Below the pieces are notes generated by a model. The model saw only the letters and a program-made list of their open reading frames with translations, searched no databases and was not told the origin of the DNA. Below, piece after piece: positions 47,670 to 57,398 of a stretch of 64,000 bases of DNA (within the stretch, counting starts at the first letter, position 1; the number at the start of each line of letters is the position of its first letter). Source of the DNA: an uncultured Christensenella sp. (GTDB lineage Bacteria; Bacillota; Clostridia; Christensenellales; CAG-917); assembly GCA_910578325.1 (NCBI GenBank), contig CAJTQT010000003.1:167882-231881 (forward strand), given 5' to 3'. The position numbers and the translations under genes were made by a program.

Positions 47670-48487
47670 AGGTAAAGAGTTTCTTCGAAAGATTTTATCT
47701 GCTTGTCATACTCGCCATTCTGTATGCGCCGATAATACTGCTGATAATATATTCGTTCTCCAACAGTTCGAACTTCAACTTCGACCAGGGCTTCAATTTC
47801 GAGGCGTATATTTCGATATTCACATCCGACAAATCCCCCGACCTCTGGGCGGCAATCGGAAACACTCTGCTTATCGCGTCCGTTTCATCGGTCATCGCGA
47901 CGGTTATGGGCACTTTCGCATCTATCGGAATTTTCCACCTCGGAAAGCGTATGCGCCGCGTTGTGGAAAACGTCAACCAGTTTCCCATCATCAACAGCGA
48001 AATCGTTATGGCAGTTTCGCTGATGGTATTCTTCGTCACTTTCGCTTTCCCCGAGGGATATCTGCGCCTAATAATCGCGCATATTGCGTTCTGCACTCCC
48101 TACGTCGTGCTCAACGTACTTCCTAAGTTGGAGGCAATGGACCCCAACATCTACGAAGCCGCTCTCGACTTAGGCGCAAATCCGTTCAAAGCGCTGACAA
48201 AGGTTATGTTCCCCATTATAACCCCAGGCATAATCAGCGGATTCGTTATGGCATTTATAATGTCGATGGACGATTTCATCATCACTCAGATAAACAAAGG
48301 CGCGGCGACCGGCATCAATACTCTGTCTACGTACATCTACTCCGACGCGAGAGTTCAGGGCCTCGAACCGTTCTGGTATGCCATATTCAGCATTATTTTC
48401 GTAGCGGTGCTCGCGCTTGTTCTGTCCATAAATCTCGTAAAGATAAGCAAGCAGAAAAAAAAGAATAAGGAGACGGGCGTACAATGA
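47663..48487 (+). CDS. potC: Spermidine/putrescine ABC transporter permease
   Basis: Overlaps the potB stop. EAA loop YEAALDLGANPFKALTKVMFP. Confidence 0.88.
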   Translation: MVKVKSFFERFYLLVILAILYAPIILLIIYSFSNSSNFNFDQGFNFEAYISIFTSDKSPDLWAAIGNTLLIASVSSVIATVMGTFASIGIFHLGKRMRRVVENVNQFPIINSEIVMAVSLMVFFVTFAFPEGYLRLIIAHIAFCTPYVVLNVLPKLEAMDPNIYEAALDLGANPFKALTKVMFPIITPGIISGFVMAFIMSMDDFIITQINKGAATGINTLSTYIYSDARVQGLEPFWYAIFSIIFVAVLALVLSINLVKISKQKKKNKETGVQ

Positions 48488-49935
48488 AAAAATCCGTATA
48501 TCTGATACTGACAGCCGCTGTGATCGCCTGCGTGCTTCTACCCGTACTTACCGCCTGCAACAACTCCGTCGCGGGAACGGGCGGACGGGACAGACTCGTC
48601 GTCTACAACTGGGAAGACTATATAGACCTCGATATGTGCGACGATTTTGCGGCATACTATAAGGAAGTTACGGGACGCTCGCTCGAAGTCACGTACACCA
48701 CCTTCGACACCAACGAAACGATGATGACCAAAGTGCTCAAAGGCGACGCAAACGTCGACCTTATCTGCCCTTCCGAGTATTCTATCGAAAAACTTCTGCT
48801 CGCGGGATGCCTGCTCAACCACAAAGACGTTCTTGCCGACATTGCTCCGCAAGCGGAACAACTCGGTCTTACGTTCGACGGTATGAGCAGTCTCGGCAAC
48901 GGGGACGGGAACGTGGAGCCCGATATAATGAACGTCATACGTCCTATGTTCGGCGCGCTTGAAGGCAGCGACGGAAAAACGTACGATATGACGGAGTATA
49001 TGGTTCCCTACTTCTGGGGAACGCTCGGAATCCTCTACAATACTAACGTCATATCCGAGGAAGAACTCGACGAGTACGGCTGGGGCGTACTCTGGAACGT
49101 ACAGAAGAATCCTCTCCTCGAAAATAAGATTCTTATGAAAGACAGCGTGCGCGACAGTTACGCTGCGGCAGTGTTCTATATGTATGAATACGGTCTGCTT
49201 CCCGAGGGCTACGAAGACTATTCCGTCCAGCAACTCATCAACTGCACCGACGAACCCATACTCAGAACCGCTGAACGTATTCTCACCGAACAGCGCGCGC
49301 ATATATCGGGATACGAAGTCGATTTCGGAAAAGACGATATGATAAATGAAATCGTCTACGCCGACCTCGCTTGGAGCGGCGACGCTATGTACGCAATAGA
49401 AGAAGGCGACTACGACGAGGAAACCGACACCTATCAACTCGGCTATTACGTGCCCTCTTCCGCAAGCAATATCTGGTACGACGGCTGGGTGATTCCCACA
49501 ACCGTAAACAATAAACTTGCGGCGATGATGTTTATAGACTATATGTGCCGCCCGATGAACGGAATACGCAATTCTATGGAAGTTTGCTACACCTCCGCAG
49601 TGGCGAAAGATAAACTCAGACAGGACGAGGACGTATGCGCTTTCATCGAAGAGAACGAATACGACATAGACGAATATTTCGACGACGAAGTCCGCTATCC
49701 CGTCATCAACGAAACGCTGGGCGTTATGCGCGACTTCGGCGCAAGAAACGACGACCTCGTGAATATGTGGCAACGCGCAAAATCGGGCGCGGGAATCGAC
49801 TCTTCCCTCTGGTGGATACTATTTGTCATAATTCTCGGAATCGGGCTTGTAGTCGGAGCATACTTTGCAATGCAGGCGTTAAAAATGCGTCCGCGCAAAA
49901 CCCCGAGTAAATCCGAGGATTCTAAGGAACTGTAA
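48484..49935 (+). CDS. potD: Polyamine-binding lipoprotein with an extra C-terminal TM helix
   Basis: ATGA overlap with potC. Lipobox VLTAC|NN. PotD-like body. C-terminus SSLWWILFVIILGIGLVVGAYFAMQAL then KMRPRKTPSK. Confidence 0.82.
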   Translation: MKKSVYLILTAAVIACVLLPVLTACNNSVAGTGGRDRLVVYNWEDYIDLDMCDDFAAYYKEVTGRSLEVTYTTFDTNETMMTKVLKGDANVDLICPSEYSIEKLLLAGCLLNHKDVLADIAPQAEQLGLTFDGMSSLGNGDGNVEPDIMNVIRPMFGALEGSDGKTYDMTEYMVPYFWGTLGILYNTNVISEEELDEYGWGVLWNVQKNPLLENKILMKDSVRDSYAAAVFYMYEYGLLPEGYEDYSVQQLINCTDEPILRTAERILTEQRAHISGYEVDFGKDDMINEIVYADLAWSGDAMYAIEEGDYDEETDTYQLGYYVPSSASNIWYDGWVIPTTVNNKLAAMMFIDYMCRPMNGIRNSMEVCYTSAVAKDKLRQDEDVCAFIEENEYDIDEYFDDEVRYPVINETLGVMRDFGARNDDLVNMWQRAKSGAGIDSSLWWILFVIILGIGLVVGAYFAMQALKMRPRKTPSKSEDSKEL

Positions 49936-49957
49936 TCCATCTGATCGCACTCACACA

Positions 49958-49985
49958 GACGGCTCTTTCAAGAGCCGTCTTTTTT
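49958..49985 (+). terminator. pot operon terminator
   Basis: gacggctct-ttca-agagccgtc followed by tttttt. Confidence 0.88.
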
Positions 49986-50014
49986 GTTAATTAGACGCAA
50001 TCGGAGACAAACGC

Positions 50015-50043
50015 TTGCTAAGTGCTTAAAATGACAATATAAT
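50015..50043 (+). promoter_or_regulatory. Promoter 8 nt upstream of the CDF transporter ATG (leaderless candidate)
   Basis: TTGCTA (50015-50020), 17 nt, TATAAT (50038-50043), gtctttat, ATG 50052. No SD. Confidence 0.5.
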
Positions 50044-50051
50044 GTCTTTAT

Positions 50052-51215
50052 ATGAAATTCGCGCGAAGGCTGCTTGTCAAAAATTACAGGAATACCGACG
50101 ATCCGCAGGTCAGAACACGCTACGGTTTATCCGCAGGTATTTTCGGCATAATTTCCAACACCCTACTCTGCGCGTTTAAACTCGTCGTCGGCATTCTCGG
50201 CCACAGCGTAACTCTCATTGCGGACGCAGTCAACAACCTGTCCGACGCGGGAAGCAGCGTGGTCACTCTTATCGGCTTTAAGTTGGCGGCGATTCCGCCC
50301 GACAAAAAGCATCCTTTCGGACACGCAAGATACGAATATATCACCGGTCTAATTGTGTCTATGGTCATACTGTTCATCGGCATTTTACTTTTGAAATCGT
50401 CGATCGAAAAGTGCATAACTCCCGAACAAGTTACGGTCTCGGTTTACACATACGTAGTTCTCGGAGTTGCCATACTGATAAAACTGTTTCAAATGTTTCT
50501 GTATCTCGACTTTTCAAAGGCGATAAACAGCGGCGCGCTCAAAGCGTCGGCAGCGGACAGCCGCAACGACGTCATTGCTACCTCCGTCGTGCTTGTGTCC
50601 GCAATCGTAATAGACGTCGCAGGTATAAATATTGACGGATACGCCGGCATTGCGGTTTCGCTGTTCATAATAATATCAAGCGTGTTTATGCTCAAAGAGT
50701 CTATGAGTCCGATTCTCGGAGAAAAGCCTGACGAAGAACTCGTCGAAAAAATCAGGAATAAAATTCTGTCCTACGACGGCGTGATAGGAATACACGACCT
50801 TGTCGTACACAATTACGGCGCAAAACAGTTGTTCGTAATAGCGCACGTAGAAGTGCCCGATGACATAGACCTTAATAAAACCCACGATTTGATTGACAAC
50901 ATCGAACACGATTTCCGCGAGGAAATGAACGTGCGTCTAAACCTGCACCCCGATCCGGTAGACGTCAATAACGCCCTGCTTTCCGAACTTAAACTGAAAG
51001 CCGAAACTACGCTAAAAAAACTGAACGAAAATATTTCGATACACGATTTCAGAATGGTAAGCGGACCGACGCATACAAATCTCGTATTCGACGCGGTTTT
51101 GCCGTTTGAAAGCAAACTCTCGATCTCGGATATCCAAACCGCCCTCGAAGAGGACTTCGAAAACGAGGACGTAAAATATTATTTTGTTATAGATATAGAC
51201 AGACAAATGACCTGA
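50052..51215 (+). CDS. Cation diffusion facilitator (CDF) family transporter
   Basis: HSVTLIADAVNNLSD in TM2, six TM helices, C-terminal cytoplasmic domain GIHDLVVHNYG. Confidence 0.88.
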   Translation: MKFARRLLVKNYRNTDDPQVRTRYGLSAGIFGIISNTLLCAFKLVVGILGHSVTLIADAVNNLSDAGSSVVTLIGFKLAAIPPDKKHPFGHARYEYITGLIVSMVILFIGILLLKSSIEKCITPEQVTVSVYTYVVLGVAILIKLFQMFLYLDFSKAINSGALKASAADSRNDVIATSVVLVSAIVIDVAGINIDGYAGIAVSLFIIISSVFMLKESMSPILGEKPDEELVEKIRNKILSYDGVIGIHDLVVHNYGAKQLFVIAHVEVPDDIDLNKTHDLIDNIEHDFREEMNVRLNLHPDPVDVNNALLSELKLKAETTLKKLNENISIHDFRMVSGPTHTNLVFDAVLPFESKLSISDIQTALEEDFENEDVKYYFVIDIDRQMT

Positions 51216-51232
51216 CTGTACGGAGGTAAACA

Positions 51233-51526
51233 ATGATAAACAGCGGACAACGCGCAAAACTGCGTTCGATGGCGCAAAACCTGAATCCTATTTTCCACAT
51301 AGGCAAAAACGGAATAAACGAGAACTTTATAAGCGACATCGACACCGCTCTCGAAGCGCACGAACTTATAAAAATTTCCGTCCTGCGCAACTCGGATATG
51401 AGCGCCAAAGAAAGTATGGAAATACTCTCGCAGGCAACCGCCGCGGAACCTGTGACGGCAATCGGAAGTAAATTCGTAATTTACAGACGCAGTACGCGCG
51501 ATAATGTAGAACATATTCAAATCTGA
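51233..51526 (+). CDS. yhbY: YhbY-family (CRM domain) RNA-binding protein
   Basis: QRAKLRSMAQNLNPIFHIGKNGINENFISDIDTALEAHELIKISVL; SD GGAGG. Confidence 0.88.
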   Translation: MINSGQRAKLRSMAQNLNPIFHIGKNGINENFISDIDTALEAHELIKISVLRNSDMSAKESMEILSQATAAEPVTAIGSKFVIYRRSTRDNVEHIQI

Positions 51527-51556
51527 TATATAATCGCGGTAAAGACAATACTACAC

Positions 51557-51585
51557 TTGCCGCAAATCGCGATTAGGTGTATAAT
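51557..51585 (+). promoter_or_regulatory. Promoter 7 nt upstream of a 59-aa ORF (leaderless candidate)
   Basis: TTGCCG (51557-51562), 17 nt ending in TG, TATAAT (51580-51585), ataagtt, ATG 51593. Confidence 0.45.
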
Positions 51586-51592
51586 ATAAGTT

Positions 51593-51772
51593 ATGGATTA
51601 CGAAAAAGCAAAACTCTCCCCTATCACCGAGAGCGGCGAAGACACCAAAACCGCCGCCCAAAAAGAAGCGAGAGAACAACTAAACCGCAATCGCGCGCAG
51701 ACTCAACGCTATAAACAGCGTTATTTCGAGTACTACGACGACGTAAAAATCAACCACAGAGAAGACTGGTAA
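51593..51772 (+). CDS. Small charged protein, 59 aa (below the ORF-track cutoff)
   Basis: My own translation: MDYEKAKLSPITESGEDTKTAAQKEAREQLNRNRAQTQRYKQRYFEYYDDVKINHREDW*. It fills the yhbY-trkA gap and has backbone-like codon usage. Confidence 0.45.
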   Translation: MDYEKAKLSPITESGEDTKTAAQKEAREQLNRNRAQTQRYKQRYFEYYDDVKINHREDW

Positions 51773-51818
51773 AGATATTGACGGATTCATCCGCCGATAA
51801 ATATATACACGAGGATTT

Positions 51819-53171
51819 ATGGATATTATAATTTCGGGGCTCGGCTCCGTCGGAACAACAATTATGCAGGAACTCGCAAAAGAGGGACATAACATAGTTG
51901 TTATCGACAGCAACAGCGCAAAGGTCGAAGACGCTATAAACGCCTACGACGTAAAAGGAGTAATAGGCAACTGCGCAAGCAGCGAAGTGCTTGAAGAGGC
52001 GAACGTAAGTTCCGCCGAACTTCTGATTGCCTGTACTTCACACGACGAACTCAATATTCTGTGCTGTATAATAGCAAACAAACTCGGCGTAAAAAAGACT
52101 ATCGCGCGCGCTTCTAAGCCCGAATATCTGGAACTGTTCAAAAACGAAGGCGACCTCGGGCTAAGTCTTATGGTCAACCCCCAGTACGAGTCCGCTATGG
52201 AAATCAGCAGAATGCTGCGCTTCCCTTCCGCAATCAAAGTGAATCATTTCAGCGGCGGAAAAGTAGAACTTGTGGAATTCCGTGTTACGCAGGGTTCGAC
52301 GCTTATCGGGACTTCTCTTAAAACTCTGAACAAAAATTTCAAGGCAAAAGTGCTTATCTGCGCCGCACAGCGCGACGGAAAGGCGATTATTCCTACCGGC
52401 GACTTCACCATACAGGCGGAAGACAGGCTGTTCCTCACCGCAACCACAAAAAATATATCGCTGTTTTTCAAACAACTCGGCTGGAACAAACAAGCCAAAA
52501 ACGTCATTATCGTCGGAGGTTCGCGCACGGCGTTTTATCTTTGCGAGGAACTCGAACGCGTCGGCATACGAGCCAAAATCATAGAGAAAAACAAAAAGAA
52601 ATGCACTATGCTCTCCGACACATTCAGTAAAACGGAAGTAGTGTGCGGAGACGGCACCGATCAGGAACTTCTTTTGGAAGAAGGGCTCGAATATACGGAC
52701 GCGTTCGTCGCGCTCGGCAATCAGGACGAGCAGAATATAATAATGAGTATGTTCGCCTCTTCCCGCGACGTCCCGAAAGTCATCACCAAAATAGACCAAC
52801 TGAGTTATTACGATATGCTGCAAAAAAGCGGCATTTACAGCGCGGTTTCAACAAAGAACTCCACTGCGGATCAGATTGTGCGTTTCGTACGTATTTTGGG
52901 CAATAAGGACAGCGCGGACGTTCAACGCATCTTCCACATAATCGACAACACCACGGAGGTTCTGGAATTCAGGGCCGCGGACAATTTCAAAAAATTCAGC
53001 GTACCGATTCAGAATCTGAATCTAAGGCGGCATTTGCTCGTAGCGGGCATAATTCGAAGCGGCATTCTCATCACCCCATCCGGTCAGGACACCATAGAAA
53101 AAGGCGACAGCGTAATTATTGTCGCCAAAGACGCGACTCTTTCGAGTCTGAACGATATTTTGGATTTCTAA
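51819..53171 (+). CDS. trkA: Trk potassium uptake system, NAD-binding subunit TrkA
   Basis: Two RCK-N/RCK-C repeats. Rossmann motifs IIISGLGSVG and IIVGGSRTAF. Confidence 0.92.
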   Translation: MDIIISGLGSVGTTIMQELAKEGHNIVVIDSNSAKVEDAINAYDVKGVIGNCASSEVLEEANVSSAELLIACTSHDELNILCCIIANKLGVKKTIARASKPEYLELFKNEGDLGLSLMVNPQYESAMEISRMLRFPSAIKVNHFSGGKVELVEFRVTQGSTLIGTSLKTLNKNFKAKVLICAAQRDGKAIIPTGDFTIQAEDRLFLTATTKNISLFFKQLGWNKQAKNVIIVGGSRTAFYLCEELERVGIRAKIIEKNKKKCTMLSDTFSKTEVVCGDGTDQELLLEEGLEYTDAFVALGNQDEQNIIMSMFASSRDVPKVITKIDQLSYYDMLQKSGIYSAVSTKNSTADQIVRFVRILGNKDSADVQRIFHIIDNTTEVLEFRAADNFKKFSVPIQNLNLRRHLLVAGIIRSGILITPSGQDTIEKGDSVIIVAKDATLSSLNDILDF

Positions 53172-53175
53172 GCCT

Positions 53176-54648
53176 ATGAATTACAGATTGATTGCTTTCG
53201 TACTCGGAGAAATTGCGCTGATAATGGGTGCCATATTGTGCATCCCTATGTTTATGGCGCTCGGATTTCACGAGAACCACACTCTCGCGGCGTACGGTAT
53301 CGCCATCGGCGTATGCGTCCTGCTCGGAGGAATAGGGCTTGCCCTGCGCCCTCCGAAAGATAAACGCGATTTGCGTCCTTCAAGCGGATTTGCCATCTGC
53401 GGAATGCTTTGGATCGTCATCGCGCTCATAGGCGCGCTTCCCTACTGCATTTCGGGTTATATTCCCAACTACGCGGACGCTCTGTTCGAAACCGTGTCGG
53501 GATTCACGACCACAGGCGCAAGCATTCTCAGCGACGTGGAAGCGTTGCCTAAATCCCTGCTTTTCTGGCGCGCGCTCACTCAGTGGCTGGGAGGAATGGG
53601 AGTTCTTGTTCTCGCCATAGCGATTTTGCCGCACAACGACAAAATGTCTACTGCGCTTGCAAAGGCGGAAATACCGGGGCCGCAGTTCGGAAAACTGGTC
53701 AGCAAACTGCGTTTTACTTCGCGCATACTCTACGCCATATACATCGTAATGACGCTGGTTCTTATAGGTATACTTTGCGCTTGCAAAATGCCCGTATTCG
53801 ACAGTTTCTGTCACGCGTTTTCAACGGCTTCCACCGGCGGATTTTCTGTAAAAAACGCGAGCATTGCGGCATATAATTCAGTTTCTATTGAAGTTGTCAT
53901 CACAATATTTATGGTGTTGTTCTCCGTCAATTTCAATATCTATTTTATGATTATAATCGGGCATTTTTTCAAAGCCATCCGAAGCGAGGAACTCATCTGT
54001 ATGTTTATCATCTTCTTCGTTGCGGTTGCCGCGATAACCGTTGACCTCTGCACAAGGCACACATTCGGAAGCGTAGGAGAAGCGCTCAGATACAGCAGTT
54101 TTAACGTCGCGTCGGTAATGTCCACAACAGGTTTCGGAACGGCTGATTTTACGGGTTGGTCCACCATATCGCAAATGATGCTTTTGGGAATTATGTGCAT
54201 AGGCGGCTCGGCAGGCTCCACCGCCGGCGGAATGAAAGTATCGCGTTTTATCATCCTATCAAAATCATCGCTGATAAACCTGCGCAAAACTCTCTCCCCT
54301 CGCTCCGTCTATTCCCTTAAAATCGACGGAAAGCCGGTCGGCGAGGACACCGTTGTAAACGTACAGAATTTCTTCGTACTGTACGTATTGATTATTATCG
54401 TTTCCACACTGCTCATTTCCATTCCGTCTGCAAAAATGGAAGGAAATATGTTTGAGACGAATTTTACCGCAGTCATATCCTGTTTCAACAACATAGGACC
54501 GGGGCTCGGTGCCGTCGGCCCCGCAGGCAACTACGGAGGATACAGCGTTTTCTCTAAACTGATACTGAGTATGGATATGCTTTTAGGCAGACTCGAAATA
54601 CTGCCAATACTGCTTATGTTCTCATTTAAATCATGGAAACGCGTTTAA
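53176..54648 (+). CDS. trkH: Trk-type potassium transporter membrane subunit TrkH
   Basis: 490 aa polytopic protein; selectivity-filter-like repeats SGFTTTGAS, STGGFS, STTGFGT, GGSAGSTAGG. Confidence 0.92.
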   Translation: MNYRLIAFVLGEIALIMGAILCIPMFMALGFHENHTLAAYGIAIGVCVLLGGIGLALRPPKDKRDLRPSSGFAICGMLWIVIALIGALPYCISGYIPNYADALFETVSGFTTTGASILSDVEALPKSLLFWRALTQWLGGMGVLVLAIAILPHNDKMSTALAKAEIPGPQFGKLVSKLRFTSRILYAIYIVMTLVLIGILCACKMPVFDSFCHAFSTASTGGFSVKNASIAAYNSVSIEVVITIFMVLFSVNFNIYFMIIIGHFFKAIRSEELICMFIIFFVAVAAITVDLCTRHTFGSVGEALRYSSFNVASVMSTTGFGTADFTGWSTISQMMLLGIMCIGGSAGSTAGGMKVSRFIILSKSSLINLRKTLSPRSVYSLKIDGKPVGEDTVVNVQNFFVLYVLIIIVSTLLISIPSAKMEGNMFETNFTAVISCFNNIGPGLGAVGPAGNYGGYSVFSKLILSMDMLLGRLEILPILLMFSFKSWKRV

Positions 54649-54676
54649 TTCAGTTTAAATATCCGCAAATAAAAAT

Positions 54677-54700
54677 CCACCAGTCGAACTGGTGGTTTTT
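54677..54700 (+). terminator. trkH terminator
   Basis: ccaccagt-cgaa-ctggtgg followed by ttttt. Confidence 0.85.
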
Positions 54701-55001
54701 AATTTGAGGGTAAAACCCTCTGTTATTAGCATAGCGAAATCGCTTACCCGTAGTCCGCCTTTTGCGTTCGCTAACTTAAACTTTTGCATCTACTCTTTTT
54801 TTCATTGTTAGCGTGTTATGCTCAACACATACTGCCATTATTTAATTGTTTTGTGTTGGCATTATCCTGTTTCTCTGCTAATATTATGCTGTCATTATTT
54901 TTAATAACAATTCCTCCTTGCTAAATATGTTATAGTTTTGCGGACTACTTCCACATTCTAACATAGGAGGATTATTTTTGTTCACCGGTAAACCTCTACT
55001 G

Positions 55002-55027
55002 AACCACCGGACTATCCGGTGGTTTTG
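55002..55027 (+). terminator. Orphan plus-strand terminator-like hairpin
   Basis: aaccaccgg-actat-ccggtggtt followed by tt. No annotated plus-strand gene ends here. Confidence 0.55.
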
Positions 55028-55033
55028 TGTAAC

Positions 55034-55067
55034 AAAAAAAGGACGCTCATACGAGCGTCCTTTTTTT
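55034..55067. terminator. Bidirectional terminator (serves the minus-strand gene 55080..57107)
   Basis: aaaaaaa-ggacgctc-atac-gagcgtcc-ttttttt. Confidence 0.85.
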
Positions 55068-55079
55068 ATAGACAGATTA

Positions 55080-57107
55080 TCAGCCCATTACATAAGCGAA
55101 AGAGGCGGCGGTATTTGCACAGGTAACTATCGTAAACAGCATAGTGTTTATAAATGCTCCCAGCCACATATTGCCGGTCTTTGCCGTCATTCTTCTTGAA
55201 ATAACGGTGGATATCGCAAGAATCGGAACCATAGGTATCAAAACTATGTATCCCAATGCCATATCAGACTGCCACATAACGCCCGAAGACCTAAACTGAC
55301 CGTATTGAATCGATATTGCGAGAATCACGCCGAACACATTGAAGAATACGTTAATAAGAGTGCTTGCCCATTCGGGAAGATTCTTCGCGCGGTAGTTCTC
55401 GTTGAATATCGCACTGATGATAAAGAAAATACCGAAGAACACGGCGTAACGCACCATAGTGGGCAACATAACGCCGACATCGAAGACTTTAACAGCAAAC
55501 GTCCAGATTCGGAAGTCAACAGTCCATATCGACCAGTTCACAAAAGTGACGAAATAGAGGGAGAATACCACAATCGCCGCAAGCAGGAAAGATTTGGCTA
55601 TACCTGCAATACCTGTGCTTATTTTTGCGGAAGCAAACGGATTCTCGATATACGTTCCAGCATTTTCACGGTATTTAGCGCGATAAACGATTGTATTTAC
55701 AAGCCAGAAGAACAGAATTACCGCTAACGAGAACAGCGCGACTACAACTGCCCATATTGCAACCCAGTTCGTCGTATCCTGCGGGAACAACTGCGTATTC
55801 GGGAAGACCTTACGTCCGTATTCGGTTGCAACGTCGTGAATGATAAATCCACTGAAAAACATTATTCCCAATGCACCGAGCCAATAGGTTATATTTTTCA
55901 ATACGCCCTTCAAAGGTTTTGGCTCGACCGGCACGTTCGCGCCGACAAACACGAGTTCGCCTGCTTCGTTGGTTTGTTTCTTACCCACTGCAAGCGAACG
56001 GAACAGCGGCGTAGTAAGCAACAGGCTCACCAACGGGAATATCATTGCAAACAGCGCAATCATACCGATGAACGAGAACAAATCTTTTACCCACCAGGAC
56101 TGACTGCCCTTTGCAATATACTTCGCCCCCGCGGGAGTTCCGAATGAGTTATAGAAGAAATCGATTACCGCTTCCGCGCCGTCAACAGAGTAGTGAACCT
56201 GCGGATGTACTCCGGGTATTTCGTAAATTACTCTTATAGCGCCCTCGACTTCTTTGCCTGCCTCGGGTGTCACAAGTTGACCGCCTACATATATGCCGCC
56301 GTTAACGACGTCTCCTTCCATAGAGGCGTTTCCTACGTATTTTTTTGCTTCGGAAGTCGACAGCCAATCTCTCGAAAGCGTGCCGCCGTCTTCTTTGGTA
56401 GTGTAAAAGAACTCATCGTCTTTCGACTTCAAAAATCCGACGTCAACCCCGGGTCCCGCCATTAAAAAGGTGCTCCACGACTGCATAAGCCCCGCAGAAA
56501 CTATACCAAGACCGCCGGTAAGCGTACTGTCGCTCATAAGCGTCATAGCAGTGGTATATCCGCCCATCGAGTGTCCGGAAATACCGATTTTCGCTTTGTC
56601 GACATAATCGAGATTGTACAGATATTTTGCGCTGTCATACAATCCGTTTGTAGCCATCATAGCGTTCTGGTTGCCGGAGTTCTTATAATTTCCGTGGCCT
56701 TCTCTGTCAACGGCAAGAACCACAAAACCGCGACGCGCAAGTTCAATAGCATTTTGAAGTTGCATTTCGCGGTTGTTCAGATATCCGTGCGTAAGTACAA
56801 CGGCAGGCACAGGATTTTCGGAAGTAGCGGTTTTCGGCTTGAAAAGAAGACCGCTGACGACTTTTCCGTCTACGTTCTTCGTTTCCACGACAAGTTCGCC
56901 CGTCTCTTTGTTTATAGACTGAACTTCCTTTGTTCCCTTGTTGGTTTCATTTCTCAAATCCGAAACCGAAACGGACCAACCGTCCGTCTGTACTGCGGAT
57001 TGCACAAAACTCGTCACTAATATTACTGCAAGACATATTACGAGAAAAAGAACAGCGACTTTATGCTTTTTGCAATACGCAATAAAATTGTCTTTTAAAT
57101 AACCCAT
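55080..57107 (-). CDS. Alpha/beta hydrolase domain fused to a polytopic membrane domain
   Basis: N-terminal TM. Hydrolase core VVLTHGYLNN...GFVVLAVDREGHG...ISGHSMGGYT (GxSxG). The C-terminal ~330 aa contain ~8 TM helices. SD AGGAGA. Confidence 0.75.
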   Translation of the reverse strand: MGYLKDNFIAYCKKHKVAVLFLVICLAVILVTSFVQSAVQTDGWSVSVSDLRNETNKGTKEVQSINKETGELVVETKNVDGKVVSGLLFKPKTATSENPVPAVVLTHGYLNNREMQLQNAIELARRGFVVLAVDREGHGNYKNSGNQNAMMATNGLYDSAKYLYNLDYVDKAKIGISGHSMGGYTTAMTLMSDSTLTGGLGIVSAGLMQSWSTFLMAGPGVDVGFLKSKDDEFFYTTKEDGGTLSRDWLSTSEAKKYVGNASMEGDVVNGGIYVGGQLVTPEAGKEVEGAIRVIYEIPGVHPQVHYSVDGAEAVIDFFYNSFGTPAGAKYIAKGSQSWWVKDLFSFIGMIALFAMIFPLVSLLLTTPLFRSLAVGKKQTNEAGELVFVGANVPVEPKPLKGVLKNITYWLGALGIMFFSGFIIHDVATEYGRKVFPNTQLFPQDTTNWVAIWAVVVALFSLAVILFFWLVNTIVYRAKYRENAGTYIENPFASAKISTGIAGIAKSFLLAAIVVFSLYFVTFVNWSIWTVDFRIWTFAVKVFDVGVMLPTMVRYAVFFGIFFIISAIFNENYRAKNLPEWASTLINVFFNVFGVILAISIQYGQFRSSGVMWQSDMALGYIVLIPMVPILAISTVISRRMTAKTGNMWLGAFINTMLFTIVTCANTAASFAYVMG

Positions 57108-57398
57108 TACTTTCTCCTATATTATAAATTTCAGATAATGACGGCAGACTGTAATTTCACCTCCTCATATGTCCACCGACAGCCGAGATATCTCCTATCG
57201 CGGCCGCAACGAACGCAGCACTGTTTTTGCGCCCGATTTCATATTCTATTTTTATGTTAGACGATTGAAAAAATCTTTTCAATTGACAAAAATGTCCGAT
57301 TATTGTACTATTTTGTTGTACTTTCTTGTTGCACTTTCTTGTCATCTCAAAATTACCACGTATAGTAATGCGCCTGAAGGTAAAATTTAGGAGGTTCT

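Noticed and set aside
54978-55199. 73-aa TTG-start ORF with a good GGAGG 7 nt upstream
   Set aside because: The frame runs straight through two strong terminator hairpins and into the 3' end of the convergent gene 55080..57107. The RBS is noted in a finding, but this long ORF is unlikely to be real.
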